Part shown: piece by piece, positions 49,183-58,663 of the stretch
Layout of the letters: each line of letters starts with the position of its first letter
Numbering within the stretch: the first letter of the stretch is position 1
NCBI GenBank assembly: GCA_965216325.1
Contig: OZ244160.1
Coordinates: forward strand, 2,080,001-2,144,000
Direction: 5' to 3'
Source: Coraliomargarita sp.
Lineage (GTDB): Bacteria; Verrucomicrobiota; Verrucomicrobiia; Opitutales; Coraliomargaritaceae
DNA length: 64,000 bases
Notes under the pieces: generated by a model
Seen by the model: the letters and a program-made list of their open reading frames with translations, nothing else
Told to the model about the DNA's origin: nothing
Database searches by the model: none
Program-made: the position numbers and the translations under genes

Positions 49183-49517
49183 CAGGCTTGGCTGTCGATA
49201 TCGAGTTCATCGCTGGCCTTGGCCGATCGAATCTGCTGCGTGAAGTGATTGAGTTGCTGTTGGTCGGGTGGTGGGCCCCCGGCCAGGTGGATGAGCCTGC
49301 GTTGCAGATCTTCTGCCGATGTATCGCTCGTGATGCCAGTTTCCTTGCCGCCGCGTTCCACGTAGGCCCAGTAGGCTATTGGCTCCCCCTGGCTGCCGTT
49401 GCGGTAGCGCCGTTCGATAAAGCCAGCGAGGGTATACACCGCGATGACTTTGGCTTTCAGGCTATGGCCTGCTTGCTCGGTTTCGGCCGCCTCAAAGTGA
49501 TAGATTGGCTGGCTCAT
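49164..49517 (-). CDS. Hypothetical protein
   Basis: ATGA overlap with the upstream gene; AGGAGG RBS. Confidence 0.65.
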   Translation of the reverse strand: MSQPIYHFEAAETEQAGHSLKAKVIAVYTLAGFIERRYRNGSQGEPIAYWAYVERGGKETGITSDTSAEDLQRRLIHLAGGPPPDQQQLNHFTQQIRSAKASDELDIDSQAWWLNRY

Positions 49518-49750
49518 GCGGCGACCTCCTTGTCCTGCTCATAGAAGAGCTGTGCCAGGAAGGCATCTCGCCGCTCACGGGCTTCGTGAAGCTTACGAGT
49601 GCCGAGTGACCGGCGCACCCGCTTGCTGGTGTTGGCAGTCGGGTAGGCGGTGTAGTGGATCCACCAGCTGCCATTGTTCTGGTAGAGGTGGTGATTCGGG
49701 TTCTGTGCCCAGATTCTCACTGAGGCGTGTTGGTTTTTCAGTATTGTCAT
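49514..49750 (-). CDS. Small integrase arm-binding-like DNA-binding protein (78 aa)
   Basis: HHLYQNNGSWWIHY...KRVRRSLGTRKLHEARERRD resembles N-terminal arm-binding domains of tyrosine integrases; no catalytic domain. Confidence 0.6.
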   Translation of the reverse strand: MTILKNQHASVRIWAQNPNHHLYQNNGSWWIHYTAYPTANTSKRVRRSLGTRKLHEARERRDAFLAQLFYEQDKEVAA

Positions 49751-49774
49751 GTTGTGCGTGGCTTTGGGATTCAC

Positions 49775-49997
49775 GCACTCCGCCCGGGCACAAAAAAAGA
49801 TCGTCCCCGCCCTTGGCCTCGAGCTTGTCGAGTGGGGGAAGCGATCTCCGTGCGGGAGAGTGCTTGGTTTCGGTGGCGTCAGGCCGCACATCATTGGACC
49901 ACCGTGGTGACTCTCCAGACTTGGAAGACCCGGTTGGCGTTATCCTGCCAGGCAGGACACTTCATGATGCAGTTACGACGCAGTGATTAAAAGAACG
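49775..49997 (-). promoter_or_regulatory. Structured leader with a long hairpin/intrinsic terminator and a boxA-like motif
   Basis: Minus strand CGTTCTTTTAA at 49997-49987; GATCGCTTCCCC...GGGGACGATC-TTTTTTT stem, extended by GCAC/GTGC and GCACTC/GAGTGC. Confidence 0.55.
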
Positions 49998-50136
49998 ATG
50001 AATGAAACATAGGTAATCTGGCTCAGAAGGAAAGCCGTTTTTGTGTCATAGGCTGCCGCAGCTTGTATGCCGCTCCTAGCTCCTGAAATGTGGAGATCGT
50101 TTCAGAAGTGATGCGCTCATCGAAGAGGGTGCGGAT

Positions 50137-50361
50137 TCAAACTGATTTAAGGATTTCTTTCAGACGCGCTATTGCCTCTGGACTAAAACGTATAGACTGA
50201 CTCTTTTTACCAAGTATTTTACGGTCAGATGAACCGTAAGTATCTATCTGTAGCATCTTTTTGCCCTCGCTATTTACAACGAGTGAGTAGGTGCAATCTA
50301 CTTCGCTGTGTTTCGAGTCGCGTTCAAGCGGTTGGTGTATGATATTTTTTACGAGTGCCAT
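50137..50361 (-). CDS. Small conserved defence-island protein
   Basis: LQIDTYGSSDRKILGKKSQSIRF motif, recalled from small proteins next to RM systems; function unknown. Confidence 0.7.
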   Translation of the reverse strand: MALVKNIIHQPLERDSKHSEVDCTYSLVVNSEGKKMLQIDTYGSSDRKILGKKSQSIRFSPEAIARLKEILKSV

Positions 50362-50416
50362 AGTTTAATTTGATAGACATCCTTTTTGATAACAAATCTA
50401 ACGTAAAGATAATTAA

Positions 50417-52444
50417 GTGGATATATCTGAATACAGAGTGCTGATTGATTCAATCGGTTTCGGAAAGCGAGTTGCCGATGCGCATTATGTCCTTGTTGAA
50501 AGCCTGGACGTATTTCCTGAAAGCCTTGTTGTTGAGATCAACCGGGCGGCACTGGCGGCTCAGCCGCAGGAGGGATGGAATCTCATAAAATTTCATCTGA
50601 AGGAGTATGCGCTAACCTTTTTGGCGTATCCTGACTTTGAGTCGGATCCGCACCCGGCACTTCATTTTGCAACCAAGATTAATCTGAATTCAGGACGGGT
50701 TGTTCGCACGGATTATTCACAACGAGCGAACCCACCGATTCTTCATCGTAAAGAGACCTTTATCCCCAAGGCAGATCCTCGCTACGATGAATATGCGATG
50801 CTGACTAAGTCGGAAGAAGCGCATGGTTTGTATCGAGATACCTCTCGCATTGGTTTGCGTATTTTCTGGGAGACTTTGCTCAGGCGTAAGGGCTTGAGCT
50901 ACGATGGGCACAATCTTGTCCAAGACGATGCGGGTTCCGTGCCTTCGGAAGATGTCAATAGTGCTCAGGTCGTTCGACACCGAACCGCAATTAAGCGCTA
51001 TGATTTGTCAAAACCAGTGAAGCTATTGCTGAAGCATGGCTTGCTCAGTGAGGGGACTACGTTTTTCGATTACGGTTGTGGCCGTGGGATGGACGTCGAG
51101 GGCTTGCAGTCTCTAGGTTTTGATGTGTCCGGTTGGGATCCCGCTTATCGCCCTGATGCCGAGCAGGTAGCAGCGCGTGTTGTGAATATTGGTTATGTGC
51201 TAAATGTCATTGAGCACCCAGCTGAGCGAGTAGAGGCCTTGCGGGGAGCGTTCAAGTTATGTGAGGGGGTGATGATGGTTTCCGTGCTGCCTCGTGGGCA
51301 AGAGACGGATGCGCATCAAAAGCCGCTAGGGGACGGGTTTCTGACAAAGCACGGGACCTTTCAGAAATTTTACGCCCCGGGTGAGCTTGAGGATTTGCTC
51401 GAGTCTTGCTTAGAGCGCGAGCCGGTGACTCTGGCGCTGGGGATGTGTCTCGTTTTTAAGGATGAGACTGACCGAGAGTTTTTCCTCTCGAAGCGCACGC
51501 GCCGGCATGTGGATTGGACTGAGATTGGTAGTCAGCTGCGTTTCTCTCAGCCTAAGGAGCGCGAGGAGGCGATGGTGGGGCGTTACGAGATGCATCGTGA
51601 GCTGATGGATGATCTTTGGGCAAGTATGTTGGAACATGGGCGCCCGCCGGAGCTCAGCGAATATCCGCGAGTCGATGAGCTGAAGGCGCAGACTGCAGGC
51701 TTGAAGCGTTCAGTTCAGTTAGCGCTGAACTATCATGGAGCGGATCTGCTGAAAGAAGCCCGGCGATTGCGGGAGGAGGATGTCCTAGTTTATCTAGCGA
51801 TGAAGCATTTCGAGCGTCGCTTCCTGCGTAAGCACCTCCCGTCACGTATTGCGCAGGATATCAAAGTCTTCTTCGGTGATTTCGATACTGCAATGCGACG
51901 CGCTGCGGAACTGCTCTATGCTTCGGGGGATCCGGATGAATTGCGACTCGCTCTTAGTGGTCTCGATGTTGGCTACTACGACGAAGGAGAGGAGCACTAT
52001 AGCTTCCATCGAAGTCTGTTTGATCAGATGCCGGCGATCTTCCGGGTCTATGTGCTCTGTGGGCTACGTCGGTTTGGGGATCTAGACGAGGTCGATGTCA
52101 TCAAGATTCATATTCGTTCCCGGAAGTTGACTTTGCACAGCTATGATGACTTCGAGAGCAAGCCGCTCCCAGAGCTGCAGATGCGCATTAAGATCGATCT
52201 CCGCAAAGACTTCGTGACAGTATTCGACCATACGCTTGGTGATGATAGGCAACTGCTATTCTTTAAGGAGCGTTTTGTAGGGCCCGGCTACGAATTTGGA
52301 AATAATGCTGCGACTTTTTCGAAGCGTCTCGAAAAACTTGGCATTACGGCTGATCGTATCGGGCATGGTCCGCAGTTGTCAGAATTCTCAGCATTTCTTG
52401 AGCTGAAGGGGCTTACGGCATCACTGCTGCCAAAGAGAAAATAA
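50417..52444 (+). CDS. DNA phosphorothioation-associated putative methyltransferase
   Basis: NPPILHRKETF, RHRTAIKRYDLSKPV, FDYGCGRG (SAM-binding), NIGYVLNVIE and TFQKFY; adjacent to dndB. Confidence 0.88.
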   Translation: MDISEYRVLIDSIGFGKRVADAHYVLVESLDVFPESLVVEINRAALAAQPQEGWNLIKFHLKEYALTFLAYPDFESDPHPALHFATKINLNSGRVVRTDYSQRANPPILHRKETFIPKADPRYDEYAMLTKSEEAHGLYRDTSRIGLRIFWETLLRRKGLSYDGHNLVQDDAGSVPSEDVNSAQVVRHRTAIKRYDLSKPVKLLLKHGLLSEGTTFFDYGCGRGMDVEGLQSLGFDVSGWDPAYRPDAEQVAARVVNIGYVLNVIEHPAERVEALRGAFKLCEGVMMVSVLPRGQETDAHQKPLGDGFLTKHGTFQKFYAPGELEDLLESCLEREPVTLALGMCLVFKDETDREFFLSKRTRRHVDWTEIGSQLRFSQPKEREEAMVGRYEMHRELMDDLWASMLEHGRPPELSEYPRVDELKAQTAGLKRSVQLALNYHGADLLKEARRLREEDVLVYLAMKHFERRFLRKHLPSRIAQDIKVFFGDFDTAMRRAAELLYASGDPDELRLALSGLDVGYYDEGEEHYSFHRSLFDQMPAIFRVYVLCGLRRFGDLDEVDVIKIHIRSRKLTLHSYDDFESKPLPELQMRIKIDLRKDFVTVFDHTLGDDRQLLFFKERFVGPGYEFGNNAATFSKRLEKLGITADRIGHGPQLSEFSAFLELKGLTASLLPKRK

Positions 52445-52483
52445 TAGCTGATTGCTTTATCCGTTCTTAATGAACAGCTTTTG

Positions 52484-52549
52484 TTGGAAGTTATTTTTCT
52501 CAAATTGGAAGTCTATTTGTTGACTTCCATTTGTTGTGGGGTAACTTCC
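52484..52549 (+). promoter_or_regulatory. dnd promoter with a symmetric four-half-site operator
   Basis: TTGACT (52520-25)-N16-TAACTT (52542-47); GGAAGTY at 52486 and 52507, RACTTCC at 52522 and 52543. Confidence 0.6.
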
Positions 52550-52555
52550 GGACTT

Positions 52556-53659
52556 GTGATCGAAGACGACTATCAACTTTCATTTCCGGCGATACGGGGA
52601 CGCCAGGCGGGGCGTGAGTATTACGCAGCGATGTGTCCCTTGCATGTGGCTGTAGATATCATCAAGCTACACGAAGATGACGACTCGATTCCTGCAGAGC
52701 TTCGCGCTCAGCGAGCTTTGAATAAGGGGCGGGTGCCTGCCATTACGCAGTATATTGTGGATAATCCAGATAGTTATGCGTTTTCATCGCTTACAATCTC
52801 GATTGATAGTGCGGTTAAGTTCGAGCCGATGGGTAAGGAGGGAATACAGACCAAGGTGGGTGTGCTTAAAGTCCCATACGGTGTGACCTACTTAATTAAC
52901 GATGGTCAGCACCGTCGGGCTGCTATTGAGCAAGCGCTTCGGGAGAACCCGAAACTTCGGAATGAGACAATCTCTTTGGTGATCTATATTGATCGTGGTC
53001 TTGAGCGATCTCAGCAGCTGTTTGCTGATTTGAATCGCTATGTTGTTCGTCCGACAACCTCCCTAAGTATTCTTTACGATCACCGAGATCCACTTTCACG
53101 GTTGTCTCATGAGGTGATAGAAGGTGTGGAGGTATTTAGCGGTCTCACCGAGAAGGCTAAAATGTCGATCTCTAATCGCTCTCGGAAACTGTTTACGCTG
53201 AGTTCGATCTATCAAGCAACTGCCGATCTTCTGCACAAGAAGAAGGGCGACGAGGTTTCCGACAAGGAGTCGGGTCAGGCGATTTCGTATTGGTCTGAAG
53301 TGGTTAAGCAAATTCCAGACTGGGGTTTGGCAGCAGAGCGGAAAGTGGCTCCATCAGATCTACGCAGTGACACTATTCATGCGCACGGCATTGCTCTCCG
53401 GGCTCTTGGGCGGATTGGTGCGGATTTACTCACACTACCTAAAACTAAATGGAAGAAGCAGCTCAAGGGCCTAGCTAAGCTGGATTGGTCACGTTCGAAT
53501 GCGGCACTATGGGAGGGGCGGGCGATGACTGCGGGGAAAATTAGTCCGTATCAGGCGAATATCGTCCTGACTGGAAATTTGATTAAGCAATACGTTGAAC
53601 TGCCTCTGACGCCTTCTGAAGAAGAGGTCGAAAAGGAATTTAAGAAGAGAGACTCTTAG
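52556..53659 (+). CDS. dndB: DNA sulfur modification protein DndB
   Basis: FPAIRGRQAGREYY, RAQRALNKGR, INDGQHRR and QLFADLN motifs; probable GTG start at 52556. Confidence 0.93.
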   Translation: MIEDDYQLSFPAIRGRQAGREYYAAMCPLHVAVDIIKLHEDDDSIPAELRAQRALNKGRVPAITQYIVDNPDSYAFSSLTISIDSAVKFEPMGKEGIQTKVGVLKVPYGVTYLINDGQHRRAAIEQALRENPKLRNETISLVIYIDRGLERSQQLFADLNRYVVRPTTSLSILYDHRDPLSRLSHEVIEGVEVFSGLTEKAKMSISNRSRKLFTLSSIYQATADLLHKKKGDEVSDKESGQAISYWSEVVKQIPDWGLAAERKVAPSDLRSDTIHAHGIALRALGRIGADLLTLPKTKWKKQLKGLAKLDWSRSNAALWEGRAMTAGKISPYQANIVLTGNLIKQYVELPLTPSEEEVEKEFKKRDS

Positions 53660-53661
53660 AC

Positions 53662-55083
53662 ATGTCTAGCGAGAAAAATGGCGGATTAACCCGCGAGAAA
53701 ATTGAATCTATTCAAGAACGCATACGCGAAATCTATAAGCAAGATAGTCGCCCATGGGTTATTGGATACAGTGGCGGAAAGGATTCGTCCTGTGTTCTGC
53801 AATTAACATGGACTGCACTAGCGAAGCTTCCAAAGGAGGAGCTAACAAAGCAGGTTTATGTGATCTCTTCGGATACGCTTGTTGAAGCACCGACGGTAGT
53901 TAATCAGCTTGAACAGACACTTAAGCAAATCGGTGAGGCAGCGAAGGCTGCAGACATGCCAATCGAAGTGCATAAGGTGACGCCTGCGATTAAAGATACG
54001 TTTTGGGTCAATATGATCGGGCGAGGCATTCCGGCTCCATATACGAATTTCAGATGGTGCACGGACCGAATGAAAATCGCGCCCACGACGACTTTCATTA
54101 AGAACAAGATCGCTGAATTTGGTGAGGTTACGATTCTGCTTGGCACTCGCCGAACCGAAAGTGTTTCGCGTGGTCAGGTGATGGCGAACCGCCGGGATAA
54201 AGGCGCTTACCTTTCTTGGCACAACGACATCGCGAATGCGCTCGTTTTCACGCCTATTGAGGATTGGGCGACCAATGATGTTTGGGAATATCTGATGGCA
54301 GTGCCGAGCCCTTGGGGTGGTCGTAATGATGCGATTGTGACGATGTATCGCAATGCGCAGTCGGGTGAATGCCCGCTTGTGATTGATAAGACGACACCAT
54401 CTTGCGGTGGTGGCCGATTTGGCTGTTGGACCTGCACCGTGGTTGAGCGTGATCGATCCATGGAAGCGATGATCGACAATGGTGAAGACTGGATGCAACC
54501 GATGCTCGATATGCGGGATTGGTTGACGGAAACGCAGATCCCAGAAAATAAGCCCAAGATTCGTGATCACCGTCGCAGAAACGGGAAGGTGACTTACTTC
54601 GATGCAAAGGGAGAGCGCCGCATTGTTTGGGGGCCTTATCTCCCGGAGTTTCGACAGCAGATTTTACGTCGGCTTTTGCAAGCGCAGAAGCAAGTCCGTG
54701 ATGAGGGGCCTGATCCTGAATTAAATCTGATCACCCCAGAGGAGCTTCATAAGATCCGCCAACTCTGGCTTCATGAAGAAGGGGACTGGGAAGACAGTTT
54801 GCCAAAGATTTATAATGAGGAAACCGGTGAGGATCTCGATTGGCTTGTCGATGACCATGCAGGAGTCGGACTTGAGGAGAAGAAAATCCTGGAGGAGGTC
54901 GCAACTGAGGCAGACTTACCTTTGGGGATGCTGCAAGAGTTGTTGGATACCGAGATTAAGCACACAGGTATGTCGCGCCGCTCGGGGATCTATGAGAAGA
55001 TCAATTCAGTCTTCGAGAAAGATTGGATGAGCTTTGAAGACGCACTGGCCGATACGGAAAACCAACCAGGCTTGAAGAAATGA
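53662..55083 (+). CDS. dndC: DNA phosphorothioation sulfurtransferase DndC
   Basis: WVIGYSGGKDS, RWCTDRMKI, ECPLVID..TPSCG and RFGCWTCT motifs. Confidence 0.96.
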   Translation: MSSEKNGGLTREKIESIQERIREIYKQDSRPWVIGYSGGKDSSCVLQLTWTALAKLPKEELTKQVYVISSDTLVEAPTVVNQLEQTLKQIGEAAKAADMPIEVHKVTPAIKDTFWVNMIGRGIPAPYTNFRWCTDRMKIAPTTTFIKNKIAEFGEVTILLGTRRTESVSRGQVMANRRDKGAYLSWHNDIANALVFTPIEDWATNDVWEYLMAVPSPWGGRNDAIVTMYRNAQSGECPLVIDKTTPSCGGGRFGCWTCTVVERDRSMEAMIDNGEDWMQPMLDMRDWLTETQIPENKPKIRDHRRRNGKVTYFDAKGERRIVWGPYLPEFRQQILRRLLQAQKQVRDEGPDPELNLITPEELHKIRQLWLHEEGDWEDSLPKIYNEETGEDLDWLVDDHAGVGLEEKKILEEVATEADLPLGMLQELLDTEIKHTGMSRRSGIYEKINSVFEKDWMSFEDALADTENQPGLKK

Positions 55084-57104
55084 TTTTAACTAAGTTTAAG
55101 CTAGAGAACTACGGCTTGTTTTCTGGAGTCAACGACTTCGATCTGACGCCGCGAGTTAAGTATCGTAAAACGCGCCCGGTGGTGCTTTTCGGCGGTAAGA
55201 ATGGAGCAGGTAAGACGACCTTCTTAGATGCGATTCGTCTGTTACTCTATGGCCGTCGCAGTCTCGGTGCGAAACCATCGCAGAAAGAGTATGACGCCCA
55301 CCTGCTTGCCCGGGTGCACCGTAATAAGAATGAGAACACTCGAGCCAATTATTCTAAAGTCGGCTTGGAGTTTGAGCATGTTGTCGGGGGTGAAAAACAT
55401 TTGTTCTATGCTGAGCGGTCTTGGGAAGTTAAGGCGGGAGGTAAAATCGTTGAACGCTTTCGAGTCACCAAGGACGGAGAAGATCTCGACGAAATGGGCA
55501 TGGAGCACCAAGAGGCCTTTATTGCTGATGTAGTGCCTGAACGATTGTCTCAGCTCTTCTTCTTCGATGGTGAAAAAATCAAGGGAATCGCTGAGGATAT
55601 CTCGAGTAACGCCGCAATCGCTGAGTCGATTCAGTCGTTACTTGGTCTCGATGCAGTGCTCTCTTTGAAGTCGGATTTATCGGTTTACCGGAGTCGTATT
55701 CTTAAGAAGTCGAACCCAGATGAGTTCAAGAAGCTGCTGGGGGTAAATGACAAAGAAGCTGAGCAACTGAACCATGAGCTGGAGCTCTTGGCTGACAGCC
55801 AAGCTGAGTTGGGAACCAAGATCGATGGTGCGAAGACCGAGATCCGCAATTGTGAGAAAGCACTCGCCGAACGTGGAGGGTCCTTTGCTGGTTTCCGCGA
55901 TGAGAACCTTGATAAGGCCAATGAGCTGAAAGAATCGATCAAGGCAGAAGAAGCAAGTGTTCGTGAGTGCCTAGAAGGGGGCTTACCCTTTGCGATGTGT
56001 CCTAGCATTACTGAGGATCTGCTAAAAGAACTCGCGGCCGAAGAGACTTTAAAGGAGGGTGCGATTGCGAGCCGCCATATTGAGGAGTTTGCTGCTAAGC
56101 TATCTAAGGAAACAGCGCAGTTTAAAGATCGGGCAGTCGTTAAGGAGTTGAAGAAGCTGATCAAAGAACAGCAGTCTGCATATTGTTCTCCTTTACTTGA
56201 GTCCGGCGGTGTAAGCGATGGCTTGACGAAGCATGGTCTATCTAAGCGCGACTCGCATCGAGTTAGTGACTTGCTTGGGGAGACTGTCTCTGAAGAAGTG
56301 AAGCGTGCTAAGAAGCACCTTCGACGACTCGAGAAGGAATCAAAGGCGCTACATGAAGTCTCTCGTGACTTAGAAAAGGCTCCGGATGAGGTCGATGTTA
56401 AAGAGTTTTTTGAGCGTCTCGCGTCATTGAATCGAGAGCTTGGTGCGCTTGAAGAGCAACAGGGGAAGTTGGATGAGCGAGAGCGCCAGTTAACGAATCA
56501 GTTGGCATTAGTAACCCGCGAAGGCGAGCGTCTTGCTGAAAAAGTTAAAGCTGGCGAGAAGGACCAGCAGAAGCTCGACTATATCAAACGAATGGGGCCG
56601 GCGCTGGACGTCTACAAGGATCGCTTGACTGAAGTTAAGATTAATACGCTGCAAGCCGAGGTTACTGAGTGCTTCAACCGGTTGGCGCGTAAGTCTGATT
56701 TTGTGAAAGGCATCTTGGTAGATCCAAAGACCTTCCAAGTTTCAGTTGTGGATGCGCACGGGCGGGCAATTCCTAAGGAGGACCTGTCCTCCGGAGAGAA
56801 ACAGATCTTCGCAATCGCAATGCTCTGGGGCTTGGCTCGCACATCTGGCCGTCCTCTACCTGTAGTGGTCGATACGCCACTGGGGCGCTTGGATTCGGAT
56901 CACCGGACTAAGCTCATTGAGAACTATTTCCCGAATGCAGGGCATCAAGTAATCCTGCTTTCAACCGATACAGAGGTGGACCAAGGCTTGTTCGAAAAGC
57001 TTAGCCCATCGATCTCACACACATACCATTTAGAATATCAACATGACGAAGGCAAAACAGCATTCAAAGAAGAGTATTTCTGGCGCAACAGAGTCAGTGT
57101 ATGA
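55080..57104 (+). CDS. dndD: SMC-like ATPase DndD
   Basis: GKNGAGKTT, FFFDGEKI, LSSGEKQ, DTPLGRLDSDHR and LLSTDTEV motifs. Confidence 0.96.
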   Translation: MILTKFKLENYGLFSGVNDFDLTPRVKYRKTRPVVLFGGKNGAGKTTFLDAIRLLLYGRRSLGAKPSQKEYDAHLLARVHRNKNENTRANYSKVGLEFEHVVGGEKHLFYAERSWEVKAGGKIVERFRVTKDGEDLDEMGMEHQEAFIADVVPERLSQLFFFDGEKIKGIAEDISSNAAIAESIQSLLGLDAVLSLKSDLSVYRSRILKKSNPDEFKKLLGVNDKEAEQLNHELELLADSQAELGTKIDGAKTEIRNCEKALAERGGSFAGFRDENLDKANELKESIKAEEASVRECLEGGLPFAMCPSITEDLLKELAAEETLKEGAIASRHIEEFAAKLSKETAQFKDRAVVKELKKLIKEQQSAYCSPLLESGGVSDGLTKHGLSKRDSHRVSDLLGETVSEEVKRAKKHLRRLEKESKALHEVSRDLEKAPDEVDVKEFFERLASLNRELGALEEQQGKLDERERQLTNQLALVTREGERLAEKVKAGEKDQQKLDYIKRMGPALDVYKDRLTEVKINTLQAEVTECFNRLARKSDFVKGILVDPKTFQVSVVDAHGRAIPKEDLSSGEKQIFAIAMLWGLARTSGRPLPVVVDTPLGRLDSDHRTKLIENYFPNAGHQVILLSTDTEVDQGLFEKLSPSISHTYHLEYQHDEGKTAFKEEYFWRNRVSV

Positions 57105-57492
57105 TTTAGCGCTTCAGCGTGTTCCATTTACTGTATCCGTTGATGCGAAGATGCGGACCTTACGCGGGCGGACAGGAGTGACTCCCAACATCCTAGCTCG
57201 AGTTGGCTTCTGTCTATCCCTTGAGGAAACTGGAGTTCCTGCGGATCCATTTGAGTCTGAAGGTGAGGGGCGTGTAATCAATCGAGGCACCCTGCTCGGA
57301 GAGCATGATGCAGTCTACGTCGCTTTGTTGAGGACGTGGATAGGCAAGAATCTTGACGCATCCGAGGTCGACCAGGAGCGTTTCAACGCACTCTTTGTTG
57401 CGCATATGAATCGCGGCTTTGAGCTGATTAGTTCGCGCATGCGGACTTTGTCGGATTTGGGAAATCTCTTAGGTAAGAAGAAGGCAGCATGA
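57097..57492 (+). CDS. dndE: DNA sulfur modification protein DndE
   Basis: LRGRTGVTPNILARVGFCLSL...AHMNRG; position after dndD; probable GTG start at 57097. Confidence 0.88.
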   Translation: MYDLALQRVPFTVSVDAKMRTLRGRTGVTPNILARVGFCLSLEETGVPADPFESEGEGRVINRGTLLGEHDAVYVALLRTWIGKNLDASEVDQERFNALFVAHMNRGFELISSRMRTLSDLGNLLGKKKAA

Positions 57493-58661
57493 GCGAGGCT
57501 GAGATAAAGTATCCCATCTATCTCGATTACCAGTCGACCACTCCGGTAGATCCCCGGGTGCTGGAGGCGATGCAGCCTTACTTTTCAGAGTTATTTGGTA
57601 ATGCAGCTTCGAAATCGCATCAACACGGACACGATGCTCTGGCTGGAGTTGAGAAGGCACGCAAACAGATCGCGAAGGCGATCAATGCGAAGCCTCAAGA
57701 GATTGTGTTTACCTCAGGTGCGACGGAAGCGATTAATTTGGCGATCAAAGGCATGGCCTTATCTCCGCGAAGCAAAGGCAATCACTACATTACTGTCGCG
57801 ACAGAACATAAAGCGGTGCTGGATTGTTTTGATTGGTTGGAGCGGAATGGCTTCGAGACAACGATCCTGCCTGTAGACTGCGAAGGTATGTTGACGGTGG
57901 AGGATGTGGTTGCTGCGATTCGTCCCGAAACGGCGATGGTAGCTGTGATGGCTGCGAACAATGAGATCGGAGTCTTGCAGCCAATCAATGAGATCGGTCA
58001 AGCATGCCGCGAACGAGGGGTGCACTTCTTTACCGATGCGACCCAAGCGCTTGGTAAGATACCACTCGATGTGCAGGCAGGTCAGTTTGATTTACTCTGT
58101 GGATCGGCTCACAAGGTCTATGGTCCGAAAGGGGTTGGGATGCTCTATGTGCGTCGGAGTAATCCACGAGTGCATCTTGAGCCGATCATACATGGTGGGG
58201 GCCACGAGGGAGGGCTTCGTTCTGGAACCCTGGCAACACCCTTGATTGTAGGCTTTGGGGAAGCAGTGGAGCTGAGCTGCAAGGAAATGCAGAAGGAGGC
58301 GGTGCGTTTGAAAGCTCTAACTCAGTCTATGTATCAGCAGTTGAAAGAGGAGATTCCTAAGGCTAAGCTAAACGGCCATTCTGAGACACGATTACCGGGA
58401 AACCTAAATATATCATTAGGTGGAGTGAACGCTGAAGCACTTGTCGCGGGACTGAGTGATAAGCTTGCACTCTCAACTGGGTCAGCATGCACAAGTAAAG
58501 AGGTTCTTCCATCTCATGTTCTTCAAGCTATTGGCTTAGATGAACTTGCTCTCATGTCATCAATACGAATTTCTGTCGGTAGTGCTAGCCTGCGCGACAC
58601 TGTGACATACGCTTCAGAGGCTATTATAAACCATGTAATCCGAATCAGTCAGTTCGACTAG
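57489..58661 (+). CDS. dndA: Cysteine desulfurase DndA (IscS-like)
   Basis: YLDYQSTTP, FTSGATE, SAHKVYGPKG (PLP Lys) and STGSACTS; ATGA-coupled to dndE. Confidence 0.88.
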   Translation: MSEAEIKYPIYLDYQSTTPVDPRVLEAMQPYFSELFGNAASKSHQHGHDALAGVEKARKQIAKAINAKPQEIVFTSGATEAINLAIKGMALSPRSKGNHYITVATEHKAVLDCFDWLERNGFETTILPVDCEGMLTVEDVVAAIRPETAMVAVMAANNEIGVLQPINEIGQACRERGVHFFTDATQALGKIPLDVQAGQFDLLCGSAHKVYGPKGVGMLYVRRSNPRVHLEPIIHGGGHEGGLRSGTLATPLIVGFGEAVELSCKEMQKEAVRLKALTQSMYQQLKEEIPKAKLNGHSETRLPGNLNISLGGVNAEALVAGLSDKLALSTGSACTSKEVLPSHVLQAIGLDELALMSSIRISVGSASLRDTVTYASEAIINHVIRISQFD

Positions 58662-58663
58662 TG

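Noticed and set aside
49516..49990. ORFs 49516..49986, 49593..49889, 49727..49990 and the 49894 start
   Set aside because: They run through the structured leader and terminator; the 78-aa ORF from 49750 explains the protein signal.
50137..50361. Calling the 74-aa protein a methionyl-tRNA formyltransferase, a label I recall on similar proteins
   Set aside because: Far too short and lacks formyltransferase motifs.
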